This document shows positions 8,679 to 18,524 of a stretch of 64,000 bases of DNA, in pieces. Under the pieces are notes generated by a model that was not told the origin of the DNA, made no database searches, and saw only the letters and a list, made by a program, of their open reading frames with translations. Origin of the DNA: Chloroflexi bacterium OLB14. Its GTDB lineage: Bacteria > Chloroflexota > Anaerolineae > Anaerolineales > Villigracilaceae. The translations under genes and the position numbers were made by a program. Position 1 is the first letter of the stretch. The number at the start of each line of letters is the position of its first letter. The stretch is from contig LMZR01000072.1 in assembly GCA_001567105.1 (NCBI GenBank), forward strand, positions 25,576-89,575. Reading direction: 5' to 3'.

Positions 8679-11130
8679 ATGAGCAATACCAAACAATTAA
8701 CTCTCCCCATTACAGGCATGACTTGTGCAAACTGTGTCGCTACTGTTGAACGCAATCTCAAAAAATTAGATGGCGTTGAAACTGCTGTTGTGAATCTTTC
8801 CTCCGAAAGAGCCACAGTAGATTTTGATTCTGCCAAACTTCAACTCACTGATTTTATTGCACGAGTCAATCGTGCTGGGTATGGAGTGGCAACTGGAGAT
8901 GCAGAATTAATCATCAAACGCATGTCTGATGATAACGATGCACGGCGTTTACAAAATGCTTTGTCAAAACTTGAAGGTGTTGTTGAAGCCAATGTTAGTT
9001 TCACCACTGAAAAAGCAAATATCAAATATGTGCCCACCATTATTTCACAAGCCGAGTTAAGACGCGCTGTTTCATCCGCAGGTTTTGAAACCATCGAACT
9101 TGGTGGTGATGCAGAAGATGCCGAAGCCAAAGCTCGCGAGCATGAAATTAAATATCAACTCAATATGTTGATACTTGGTTTAGTATTTACAGTGCCACTT
9201 TTCATTTATTCCATGTCAATGGATTTTGGTTTAATTCCATCTAATGCAGGCCATGCCTCATTCACTGCACAATTGTTCATGTGGTTTTTAGCAACACCTG
9301 TGCAATTCATTGTCGGTGGTCAATATTACGTCAGCGCGTTTAAGGCATTACGCAATGGCTCTGCCAATATGGATGTGTTAATTGCAATGGGTTCATCGGT
9401 TGCATATTTTTATTCCGTTATCATCACCTTTGCAGGGCTTCACTTGCATGTTTATTTTGAAACCGCCGCAGTCATCATCACTTTGATTCGGTTAGGAAAA
9501 TATTTGGAAGCAAAAGCCAAAGGTCGCACATCAGAAGCGATTAAAAAATTGATGGGACTCAAACCCAAAACTGCGCGCCTCATTCGTGACGGGGAAGAGG
9601 TTTCTGTTTCAATCGACTCTGTTCTTGTCGGAGACATTGTGCTAGTAAAACCTGGTGAAACTATTCCAGTTGATGGAGTCATCATCGAGGGACGCAGTAC
9701 AGTAGATGAATCTATGCTAACGGGTGAGTCATTGCCTGTTGAAAAGAAACAAGGCGATACAGTCATCGGCGCAACATTAAATAAAATCGGTTTGATTAAA
9801 TTTGAAGCCACCAAAGTTGGCAAAGAGACTGCTTTAGCCAGAATCATCAAGTTAGTAGAAGATGCTCAAGGAAGCAAAGCACCGATTCAAAAAATAGCGG
9901 ATCAAGTCTCTGCTATCTTTGTGCCTATCGTTATCGGAATTGCATTACTTACATTTGCGATTTGGTATTTCATTATTCCACTTACCAATTATCAATTTAC
10001 AAACTCGCCATTTACAACTGCATTGATTAACATGGTTGCTGTGTTAGTGATTGCTTGTCCATGTGCTATGGGGCTGGCAACTCCAACTGCTATTATGGTT
10101 GGAACTGGCAAAGGCGCAGAGCTTGGAATTTTGTTTAGAAATAGCGAAGCACTAGAACGTGCAGGCAATGTCAATGTTGTTGTGTTAGATAAAACCGGCA
10201 CGATTACAAAAGGTCAGCCAGCGGTAACAAATATAGTCACAAGTCACAAGTCACAAGTCTCTGAGAATGAATTACTTCGTTTTGCAGCGAGTGTTGAAAA
10301 AGGAAGTGAACATCCATTAGGTGAAGCGATTTGGGCAGAAGCCACAACGCGCGGATTAACGCTTGCGGAACCTGTCGGGTTTAAGGCAGTGCCTGGGTTC
10401 GGTGTGCAGGCTGAGGTCGAGTCACGAAGCGTTATGGTCGGGAATAAAAAAATGTTTGCAGATAGAGAAATCCAAATTGCGGATTTTGAATCTGAAATAT
10501 CTCGTTTGCAATCAGAAGCGAAGACTGCCATGTTGGTGGCGATTGATAATCAATTTGCTGGCATTATTGCGGTGGCGGATACGATAAAAGATTCATCGAA
10601 ATCTGCGATTGAAGATTTGCATAAAATGAATTTGAAAGTTGCTATGATGACGGGCGATAATCAAAAAACTGCCGAAGCCATTGCAAAACAAGTTAATGTT
10701 GATACTGTGCTTGCTGAAGTTTTGCCCGAGGGAAAATCAAGCGAAGTTAAAAAATTACAATCGTCAATCGTCAATCGTCAATCGTCCAATGTCGTTGCGA
10801 TGGTCGGTGATGGTGTAAACGATGCGCCCGCGCTTGCTCAAGCAGATGTTGGTTTGGCAATTGGCACGGGAACTGATGTTGCAATGGCGGCGGCGCCTGT
10901 TACGTTGATGAGTGGTGATTTGCGCGGCGTTGCTAAAGCAATTAACTTATCTCGCAAAACTTTTATCAACTATTAAACAAAATTTGTTTTGGGCGTTTTT
11001 CTATAATGTAGTTTTAATCCCTGCTGCCGCGCTTGGATATTTGAATCCAATGCTGGCGGCTGGCGCAATGGCTTTTAGTAGTGTCTTTGTGGTGACGAAT
11101 AGTTTAAGGTTGAGAAGTGTGAAGATATAA
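8679..11130 (+). CDS. copA: Cu(I)-translocating P1B-type ATPase, split by a frameshift in a T4 run
   Basis: First HMA domain has MTCANC; the second HMA domain has lost CxxC (RMSDDND). CPC, DKTGT and GDGVNDAP motifs are present. Dropping one T at 10961-10964 gives [14 protein letters not shown] and joins ORFs 8679-10976 and 10912-11130. Confidence 0.9.
10235..10258. repeat. heptamer tandem repeat (AGTCACA)x3 inside copA
   Basis: Direct read; encodes VTSHKSQVS. Confidence 0.8.
10758..10795. repeat. heptamer tandem repeat (CAATCGT)x4-5 inside copA
   Basis: Direct read; encodes [12 protein letters not shown] just before the GDGVNDAP motif. Confidence 0.8.
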
Positions 11131-11132
11131 GG

Positions 11133-11181
11133 GTAGAAAATAGAAAGTGGAAAGTAGACAAGTAGATAAGTAGGCAGGTGA
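11133..11181. repeat. heptamer array (GTAGAAA/GTAGACA/AGTAGAT ...)
   Basis: Seven units of period 7 downstream of copA. AGTAGACAAGTA ... TACTTGTCTACT also forms a hairpin. Confidence 0.7.
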
Positions 11182-11220
11182 ACATTTACTTGTCTACTTG
11201 TTTTCATGTATACTTTCTTT

Positions 11221-11604
11221 ATGACTAAATACTATACTCCTACCGAAGCCAATAACTTATTAGAAATCGTGCGCCCAATGGTAGGGGAGATGATGACGAT
11301 TGCTGAAAGAATTCAAGCCAGTCAACCAGCGTTATGGGACTTGGCGAAAAAATCTGCGGGGAATGGGGGGAACGCTACCTTAAGTAAATTGCTCCCTGAT
11401 TTTGATAGATTGCATGTTTTATTACATCAAATTCAAGATATGGATATTGAAATCAAAGACCCAATTAGTGGATTAATAGATTTTGTAGCATTGAAAGATG
11501 ATAGGGAAATTTATTTATGTTGGAAATACGGCGAAGAGCAGATACGGTTTTGGCACGAGATTGAAGCAGGTTTTATAGGACGTCAAATAATTGATTGGGA
11601 GTGA
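11221..11604 (+). CDS. DUF2203 family protein
   Basis: YYTPTEANNLL ... EIYLCWKYGEEQIRFWHE; start re-called to MTKYY. Confidence 0.7.
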   Translation: MTKYYTPTEANNLLEIVRPMVGEMMTIAERIQASQPALWDLAKKSAGNGGNATLSKLLPDFDRLHVLLHQIQDMDIEIKDPISGLIDFVALKDDREIYLCWKYGEEQIRFWHEIEAGFIGRQIIDWE

Positions 11605-11606
11605 GA

Positions 11607-11662
11607 AGGTGGACAGGTTTACTTATCTACTTATGTACTTGTTTACTTGTGTACTTGACTTT
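11607..11662. repeat. heptamer array (TACTTAT/CTACTTA/TGTACTT ...), the reverse-complement motif of 11133-11181
   Basis: Direct read, period 7. Confidence 0.7.
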
Positions 11663-11729
11663 CACATTTGCCATAAATTCAAAACTGTTCTATACTCACG
11701 TACATTCTAAACACAACGGTTAAACATAG

Positions 11730-12563
11730 ATGACGATTAAACAAATTGGACGTTATGAAGTAGAGCGCGAATTAGCACAAGGTGGCATGGGGCTTATTTT
11801 TTTAGCACGCGATCCTTATATGCACCGTCAAGTGATTATCAAAGTATTAATCTACAACCGCACAATGGAAGAATATAATCGTGAATTTTTTCAGCAAGAA
11901 GCGGAATTAATTGCCTCGTTAGAACATCCTGCTATTGTGCCTGTGTATGATTTTGGCTGGCATGGTCAACAACCGTATATCGTCATGCGTTATATGTCTG
12001 AAGGCACATTAGATGATTTGATTAAGAAAAAGGGAGAACTCAAACTCACTGAAATCGCACACATCATGAAGCGAGTCGCAGAAGCGTTAGATGCGGCTCA
12101 TGCAAAAAATATCATTCATCGAGATGTCAAACCATCCAATATCTTATTTGATAATACAGGTGAAGCATTTTTATCGGATTTCGGAATCGCAAAATCTCAA
12201 AAAATTGTAGATGATGAAGGTGAGTGGTTGGTTGGCACGCCTGCTTATATGAGCCCTGAACAAACCAAAGGTGATAATGTAGATGGTCGTTCAGACGTGT
12301 ATGCTTTGGGAGTTGTTTTATATCGTCTGCTGACAGGTCAATTACCATTTTCAAGTGATTCAACAACCGCTTTATTAAATGCTCATTCTACACTGCCCAT
12401 TCCAGATGTTCGCAAAGTTAAAGATAACATCCCCGCTGCTTGGCAAGAAGTGATTACCAAAGCGATGGCGAAAGATAGAAATGAAAGATATCAAACCGCT
12501 GGAGATTTCGCCCGTGATGTGCAAGAAGTTGCAACGGGCAAATGGTTTTTGAGAAAATTGTAA
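11730..12563 (+). CDS. serine/threonine protein kinase (kinase domain only)
   Basis: HRDVKPSNILF, DFGIAK and GTPAYMSPE motifs. Confidence 0.85.
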   Translation: MTIKQIGRYEVERELAQGGMGLIFLARDPYMHRQVIIKVLIYNRTMEEYNREFFQQEAELIASLEHPAIVPVYDFGWHGQQPYIVMRYMSEGTLDDLIKKKGELKLTEIAHIMKRVAEALDAAHAKNIIHRDVKPSNILFDNTGEAFLSDFGIAKSQKIVDDEGEWLVGTPAYMSPEQTKGDNVDGRSDVYALGVVLYRLLTGQLPFSSDSTTALLNAHSTLPIPDVRKVKDNIPAAWQEVITKAMAKDRNERYQTAGDFARDVQEVATGKWFLRKL

Positions 12564-12585
12564 GAACAATCATGCAGTCAGCATC

Positions 12586-12620
12586 AAAGACCTTGTCTAT
12601 CGGTGGCAAGGTCTTTTTAT
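12586..12620 (+). terminator. rho-independent terminator after the kinase gene
   Basis: AAAGACCTTG ... CAAGGTCTTT followed by TTAT. Confidence 0.55.
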
Positions 12621-12627
12621 TGAATAT

Positions 12628-12682
12628 ACCGTCCCGCAGGTTTAATCACATAACATCATCGTCTTAAGAAACCTGCAAGACG
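12628..12682. repeat. inverted-repeat element, family ACCGTCCCGCAGGTTT ... AAACCTGCRRGAC
   Basis: Related copies at 36085-36100 and 47074-47127. Confidence 0.55.
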
Positions 12683-12700
12683 TTTATTAATAGGAGAAAA

Positions 12701-13588
12701 ATGAATAAAGGTATTTTGTACGGAATCAGCGCGTATATTATGTGGGGTTTCTTCCCAATTTATTGGAAGTTATTAAAACATGTACCCGCATTAGAATTAT
12801 TAAGTCATCGCATTGCATGGTCATTTGTTTTTTTAATTGGCTTCATCTTAATCTCAAAACAATGGAAAGAACTTCAAGGCTTACTTAATAAACGCATCTT
12901 CGGAATTTATTTTATTGCATCCATACTCATCGGCGTCAACTGGTTCTTATACGTTTGGGCAGTCAACGCAGGTCACATTGTTGAAACAAGTTTAGGATAC
13001 TTCATCAATCCATTATTAAGCGTGCTGATGGGCGTCATCATCTTGCGCGAAAAATTAAGAATCACGCAATGGATTCCAATTGTGATTGCCTTCATCGGCG
13101 TTGCCTACTTGACGTTTAAGTATGGCAGACTCCCTTGGATTGCTTTGAGCTTAGCATTTTCATTCGGCTTTTATGGTCTGACGAAAAAACTCGCGCCTCT
13201 TTCATCTACCTTCGGCTTGACTCTTGAAACTGGAATTTTATTTTTACCTGCGGTCTTGTATCTCGGCTTTCAAGAATCCAATAGCACAGCCGCATTTTTA
13301 CATACAGGTTTGACATCTGATTTGTTAATGATTGGCGCAGGCATTGTGACCACGATTCCGTTATTGATGTTCGCCTCCGCCGCTAAGCAAATCCCATTGA
13401 CCATGGTTGGCATTCTACAATATCTTGCCCCCACCATTCAATTTTTCATCGGCATATTTATTTACAAAGAAGAATTTGATACAACTCGCTTAATCGGTTT
13501 CAGTATTGTCTGGTTAGCATTGATTATCTTCTGGGTAGAAAATTTCATGGCAAGTAGAGTCACATCTCAGCCTACAACAAAAAATTAG
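12701..13588 (+). CDS. rarD: EamA/RarD family transporter
   Basis: GILYGISAYIMWGFFPIYWKLL N-terminus and 10 TM helices. Confidence 0.75.
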   Translation: MNKGILYGISAYIMWGFFPIYWKLLKHVPALELLSHRIAWSFVFLIGFILISKQWKELQGLLNKRIFGIYFIASILIGVNWFLYVWAVNAGHIVETSLGYFINPLLSVLMGVIILREKLRITQWIPIVIAFIGVAYLTFKYGRLPWIALSLAFSFGFYGLTKKLAPLSSTFGLTLETGILFLPAVLYLGFQESNSTAAFLHTGLTSDLLMIGAGIVTTIPLLMFASAAKQIPLTMVGILQYLAPTIQFFIGIFIYKEEFDTTRLIGFSIVWLALIIFWVENFMASRVTSQPTTKN

Positions 13589-13706
13589 TGAAGCAAGTTG
13601 AAGATAAAAGATTAAGCTATAGGCCACACCGCAAACGTGACCAAATAGCCCTTTACAAAGTAGGGGATAAGTATTAGTATAGTGATAATTTTCACAAATA
13701 AAATAA

Positions 13707-13737
13707 GGTGACAGTCACTTTCAAAGTGACTGTCACC
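13707..13737 (+). promoter_or_regulatory. perfect 15-bp inverted repeat (1-nt spacer) between the ndh promoter and its start codon
   Basis: GGTGACAGTCACTTT c AAAGTGACTGTCACC. The upstream promoter is TTTACA, 17 nt spacer, TAGTAT. Confidence 0.5.
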
Positions 13738-13755
13738 TGTGAAAGCGAATTCACT

Positions 13756-15006
13756 ATGAACACAACTAATATTCCACACATCATCATCATCGGTGCAGGC
13801 TTTGGCGGTCTAGAAACTGCTCGTGGGTTGGCGAATGCCCCTGTTCGCATCACACTAATTGACAAAAACAATCATCACCTCTTTCAGCCGTTGTTATATC
13901 AAGTAGCCATTGCAGGTTTATTGCCTTCTCAAATTTCCAGCCCTGTGCGAACAATTTTTCGCAAACAAAAAAACCTCACTTTTCAAATGGGCGAAGTGAC
14001 AGAAATTAACCTCCAAGAAAAATTTATCAAACTGGAAGGCTCTGTTATTGGATATGATTATTTAGTCATTGCCGCAGGCGGGCGCACAAACTTTTTCGGC
14101 TTCAATACTTTAGAGGAATACGGCTTACAAATCAAAGACCTTGAAACCGCTGTAAAAACGCGCAATCACTTGCTTTCAATGTTTGAGCAAGCCAGCCACG
14201 AAGGTGACGCCGAAAAACGAAAAGCAATGTTAACTTTTGTCATTGTTGGCGGCGGACCAACAGGCGTTGAAGCCGCAGGCGCGTTGGCTGAATTAATTTC
14301 ACACGTCATGCGAAAAGATTATCCACGATTGGATTTTAAAGAAGCCAAAGTTATTTTAGTTGAGGCGGGCGCACATCTAATAAACCCTTATCCTGACGAA
14401 TTACGTCAAGCTACCAAAAAATTGTTAGAAAAGAAAAATGTTGAAATTCGTTTGAATACCAAAATGAAAAACTACAATGGTCAACGTGTTGATTTTGAAG
14501 ATGGCACAAGTATCGAAACCCAAACGTTGATTTGGACTGCTGGCGCGAAAATGGTTGAATTATTTGACTCGCTTGGTGTAGAACAAGCGAGCATGGGGCG
14601 TGTGCGCGTCACTGCGACCTTACAACTGCCTCTGTTTCCTTCAGCCTTCGTCATCGGGGATGCCGCTTTTCTCCTCAATGGTGATGGTCAACCCTTGCCA
14701 ATGCTTTCCACTGTGGCAATTCAGCAAGGCAAACACACTGCCAAAAATATTCTTCGCGCTATAAAAAATAAAGATCTACTCCCATTTCATTATAAAGACC
14801 CTGGACTTTTAGCCACTATTGGACGTAACGCCGCAGTTGCCAGAATCTTTGGCATTTCATTTAGCGGTTACATTGCATGGGCAATTTGGGTTTTCCTACA
14901 TATCTATCGCTTGATAGGTTTTCGCAATCGCATCATCGTCTTCTTCAACTGGGCATGGGATTATGTCTTTTATGATAATCAAGTGCGATTAATTACAAAA
15001 GAATAA
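13756..15006 (+). CDS. ndh: type II NADH dehydrogenase (NDH-2)
   Basis: IIIIGAGFGG and VIVGGGPTGVE dinucleotide folds. Start re-called to MNTTN, because the GTG at 13708 lies inside the palindrome. Confidence 0.85.
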   Translation: MNTTNIPHIIIIGAGFGGLETARGLANAPVRITLIDKNNHHLFQPLLYQVAIAGLLPSQISSPVRTIFRKQKNLTFQMGEVTEINLQEKFIKLEGSVIGYDYLVIAAGGRTNFFGFNTLEEYGLQIKDLETAVKTRNHLLSMFEQASHEGDAEKRKAMLTFVIVGGGPTGVEAAGALAELISHVMRKDYPRLDFKEAKVILVEAGAHLINPYPDELRQATKKLLEKKNVEIRLNTKMKNYNGQRVDFEDGTSIETQTLIWTAGAKMVELFDSLGVEQASMGRVRVTATLQLPLFPSAFVIGDAAFLLNGDGQPLPMLSTVAIQQGKHTAKNILRAIKNKDLLPFHYKDPGLLATIGRNAAVARIFGISFSGYIAWAIWVFLHIYRLIGFRNRIIVFFNWAWDYVFYDNQVRLITKE

Positions 15007-15012
15007 AACTAT

Positions 15013-15062
15013 GGAGTGCAGGAGCTTGCTCCTGCACTTGTGATAGCAAGCTATCACACTCC
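15013..15062. terminator. compound hairpin between convergent ndh and CPBP genes
   Basis: GGAGTG[GCAGGAGCTTGCTCCTGC]...[TGATAGCAAGCTATCA]CACTCC; a related element lies at 56205-56265. Confidence 0.5.
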
Positions 15063-15066
15063 AAAA

Positions 15067-15783
15067 TTATATTCCGCCATACTGATACGCCGCCAGTAAA
15101 CCACAAGTGCCAACGGAATTAACCAAAAAGTGTAATATCATGCTTGGCAAAATAGATTCTGTGCGTTGAACCATATACGCAAATAACGAGCCTAATAAAA
15201 AAGTGGGAATTAAAGTGGCAACTTGACCATGAAATAAGCTGAATATCAACGCACTGAGGAACAGGGCAATTTTCCAGCCGTATTTTTGACGAAAGCCTCT
15301 AAACAGAAAACCACGAAAGAAAATTTCTTCAAATATTGGGGCAATGAACATACTGGTTAGGATAAAAAAGGGAATGGATTCGATTTCATCCAATACCTCA
15401 AAAATAGTTTCGGCTTGGGTTACAACTCCTAAAACCATCATAAGCATATTGTTAATGATAGTAAGAAAGTAAACAAACAGAAGCAGTCCGCAACCGAGGG
15501 CGAGGTCTTGCCATTTGAAGGGGAAGAAGCCCAACTCTTTCCATGAAACTTTTCGCCATAGGAAAATGATGGCAATCGGAATCATCATCAAGAGTTGTGG
15601 CGCAGAGAGCAATAACGATGAGGCATCCGAATTCATTAAATCAAATTTTAGGGCAATGCCTAAAAATATGGCTATCAATATAAGTAGGATGATGAGCCCA
15701 ATCCATGTATCGGATGTTTTCCAAATATTTTTTTGGGGAATATTTTCGGTCTGTTCAAATATAGGAGTGTTTTCGGTTTGCAT
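15067..15783 (-). CDS. CPBP family intramembrane glutamic endopeptidase
   Basis: EEIFFRGFLF and FSLFHG motifs. Confidence 0.8.
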   Translation of the reverse strand: MQTENTPIFEQTENIPQKNIWKTSDTWIGLIILLILIAIFLGIALKFDLMNSDASSLLLSAPQLLMMIPIAIIFLWRKVSWKELGFFPFKWQDLALGCGLLLFVYFLTIINNMLMMVLGVVTQAETIFEVLDEIESIPFFILTSMFIAPIFEEIFFRGFLFRGFRQKYGWKIALFLSALIFSLFHGQVATLIPTFLLGSLFAYMVQRTESILPSMILHFLVNSVGTCGLLAAYQYGGI

Positions 15784-15895
15784 ATTTTTATTATCTCACG
15801 AAAATGCCGCCAATCATGGCGGCATAAGGGAATCGTCAGACAAAATAAATGTTGATGAAACAGAATCAACTATAAGTCAAAAATGAAGCGCGGGT

Positions 15896-16448
15896 TTACC
15901 AATCTAAAAATTCATTTCTGCGCCATGCACGAATCATAGCAAAGGTGAAAATAATTGATGTAATAATCATAGCGGGGATAACGATGACAGGCATGAGCCA
16001 ACGTTCACTGGCTTTGTTGATTTGGGCATTGTTTGGGTTTTCGGGGTTATATAAAATTTTTTACTTCTTCACCGATTTCATATTCGGGCGGGTAAGAGGC
16101 ATTGTCACTTTCAAATGTATAGGTTTGACCATTTGCTTGAAATTCAATAACAGGAGAGTAGGTACAACAATTGCCATCACTATCTGTGCCTTCTTCAAGT
16201 TTGGTGACGATGCCCGTGGTGGTTTCACCGTTTTTGCCTAAATTAAATGAGTTGTAGGCGGCGTAAGCAGCCCATAAACAAAATGCCATGAAAAATAAAT
16301 TTCCAACGATTGTTGCGCAACCAATAAATAGTCGATTCAATCCACTGGCAACTTTTTCGGCAGTGTTGGCAATTTTGTTGATATTTTTATCTATGCCTTT
16401 TTCATATTTTTCTATGGCATCATCTAGCTTTTTATCGGGGCTGCTCAT
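15896..16448 (-). CDS. DUF3592 membrane protein, frameshifted in an A6/T6 run
   Basis: Removing one base at 16057-16062 continues EIGEEVKILYNPENPNNAQINKASERWLMPVIVIPAMIITSIIF..., which restores the C-terminal TM helix. Confidence 0.6.
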
Positions 16449-16460
16449 ACATGTCTCTTT

Positions 16461-16943
16461 TTATTTTGTAGCAATGCTGACAATTTGTGGATTAGCAATG
16501 CGAAAATAATCGTCTGTTTTCATGAAAATAGATTTTTCTAAACTGCCCGCATTGAAAACAACTTCATCATTTTCTTTGATGCGTGGGTCTGCTATTAAGC
16601 CAAGTTGTTCGTTAAAAGTAAAGGGAGGGATTGAGCCGATTACGCAATTTGTGAGTGCTTCAACTTTTTCTTTTTGGGCAAAACCAACGCTATCCGCTTT
16701 GAAATATTCTTTGATAGCGTTTAAGTCGACGCGACAGTCTCCAGGGATGTTTGCGAGTACATAGCGATTATCTTTTCGCGTTATGCGGATTTGTAGCACC
16801 ATAGATTTTATGGCTTGTTCTACTTTGTTGCCGCGAATCTGGCTGATAAGTTCTGTGCGCCCTTCGGCTTCATGCTCAATGATTCGGTAATCTGCTTTTT
16901 GTTGATCTAGTAATGTTTTGAGTTGTTCGTGAATGTTTGTCAT
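16461..16943 (-). CDS. YbaK/ProX-type aminoacyl-tRNA deacylase domain protein
   Basis: Family-typical length and a GSIPPF motif. Confidence 0.7.
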   Translation of the reverse strand: MTNIHEQLKTLLDQQKADYRIIEHEAEGRTELISQIRGNKVEQAIKSMVLQIRITRKDNRYVLANIPGDCRVDLNAIKEYFKADSVGFAQKEKVEALTNCVIGSIPPFTFNEQLGLIADPRIKENDEVVFNAGSLEKSIFMKTDDYFRIANPQIVSIATK

Positions 16944-17171
16944 AAGTATTTTTTTTATAACCTAATTCTATTTTTTTTGTTCCAAGTTATATGATGATTA
17001 ATGCGATGACTGTGTAAGAAGGAAATAGCCAAACATAGCAAGCCATATCCACGAGCGATTTTTTTAATCCATCAAATCTTTTTCAAATTTGGTGGAGGCA
17101 TAGGGCTTTTCCTTTATTAGAACCTCCTTATTGTAACGGTCTAAGTTTTAATTTGCATTCACCCAAAAGAC

Positions 17172-18521
17172 CTAATGTTTGGCATACACTACATATCCAC
17201 GCGGACCTGCAAAGAATTGACCTCGCCCTTCTGTGTTGGTAGATTGCTCTGTTGGGCGGGCTAGATCGTTTCTGCTCCACCAAGCCACAGGGTAGAAAGA
17301 AGCGTTGCTCCATTTTGTGTTGACCCACTCTCCGCGCCAGTCTTCTCCGCGATTATTTAAGACATAAATTAAGCCAGGTTGATTTTCATATCCGCCACGT
17401 TGCATGATGTATAAATCATCTGAAAGATATAAAACAGAAGTATCTCCGCCTGCAAATTTTTCATGCGCATTAACGAGCGCGTCAATGCCATTGGGTGAGT
17501 TTCGCAAAGCTAGGTTGTAATTGAAATAATCTTTCCAAAATACACAGGGGTAACCTTCATGCGTTAAGATGTAGGAATAGGCTAGTAATTTGTCGTTAGC
17601 AATTGGGCGACCTTCATCACGCAAATCATGATTCTCCACAAATGTAACGGTAGTTTGTGGTTGCGCTTTCAAAATCGTTTCACCATAGACGAGGCTTTTT
17701 AAACTAAAGCCATACGAATCGCATAAACTTTTTAATAATTCACGTAATGGAAAATCGAAAGCATCAACTGGGTTTGCATTTGCTTCATTCGCTTCGCCAA
17801 CCCAATGTAAAGTGTTGGTTGCGTTATCCCAATATTCTGCTACGCCAAAAGGTTTGTAATATTGACCGTTACGCATATACCGATATTCTTGAATGGCTGT
17901 AATGGTATTTGCCGCAAAGCCTTTTACAAAATCGTAACGAAAACCATCAAAGCCAACTTCTTCAATTAACCAACGGGCTAACTTTAGTAACTCACCATAA
18001 ACATAGGGATTGCGATGAGATAAATCTGGCATATCTCCAAAAGTCATCTGATCCCATGATTCATACATGCTTGGATGAAACGATTCCCAGTTGCGTAAAA
18101 ATTTTCCGCTTTTAGGGTTGAACTTTGTCCAGCGGGCTTGATTTGTGATTGGATTGACTTCTGGTTCATCTGCTCCGCTATTGTGATTCAAAACCATATC
18201 CGCCACGACACGTAATTTGTGCTGGTGTGCTGTTTCAATGAGTTGATTCAATTCCTGACGGCTACCAAACCAAGTAGGAACACTTCCTTTTTGGTCAAAC
18301 TCACCGAGGTCATAGTAATCATACGGGTCATAACCCATAGATGGACCAAATAAATTGGCGGCTTTATGTACTGGCGGAAGCCATAACGCAGTAAACCCCG
18401 CTTTTGCCAAAAGTGGAATTTCTTGGTTGATATAATTCCACCACTGAAATTCTTTATGATCTTCTCTGGGGCAATCCCAGTAAAAAGATTGTATCATCAC
18501 GCCCATAAGCTGATTCTCCAT
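17172..18521 (-). CDS. GH13 alpha-amylase
   Basis: MIQSFYWD, DMVLNHN, GFDGFRYDFVKG, EYW and FVENHD conserved regions. Confidence 0.85.
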   Translation of the reverse strand: MENQLMGVMIQSFYWDCPREDHKEFQWWNYINQEIPLLAKAGFTALWLPPVHKAANLFGPSMGYDPYDYYDLGEFDQKGSVPTWFGSRQELNQLIETAHQHKLRVVADMVLNHNSGADEPEVNPITNQARWTKFNPKSGKFLRNWESFHPSMYESWDQMTFGDMPDLSHRNPYVYGELLKLARWLIEEVGFDGFRYDFVKGFAANTITAIQEYRYMRNGQYYKPFGVAEYWDNATNTLHWVGEANEANANPVDAFDFPLRELLKSLCDSYGFSLKSLVYGETILKAQPQTTVTFVENHDLRDEGRPIANDKLLAYSYILTHEGYPCVFWKDYFNYNLALRNSPNGIDALVNAHEKFAGGDTSVLYLSDDLYIMQRGGYENQPGLIYVLNNRGEDWRGEWVNTKWSNASFYPVAWWSRNDLARPTEQSTNTEGRGQFFAGPRGYVVYAKH

Positions 18522-18524
18522 AAT

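Noticed and set aside
16990-17130. Small minus-strand ORF (MPPPNLKKI-stop-WIKKIARGYGLLCLAISF...) after a good AAGGAGG
   Set aside because: It is interrupted by TGA after 9 codons and has no recognisable family. The evidence is too weak even allowing for indel errors.
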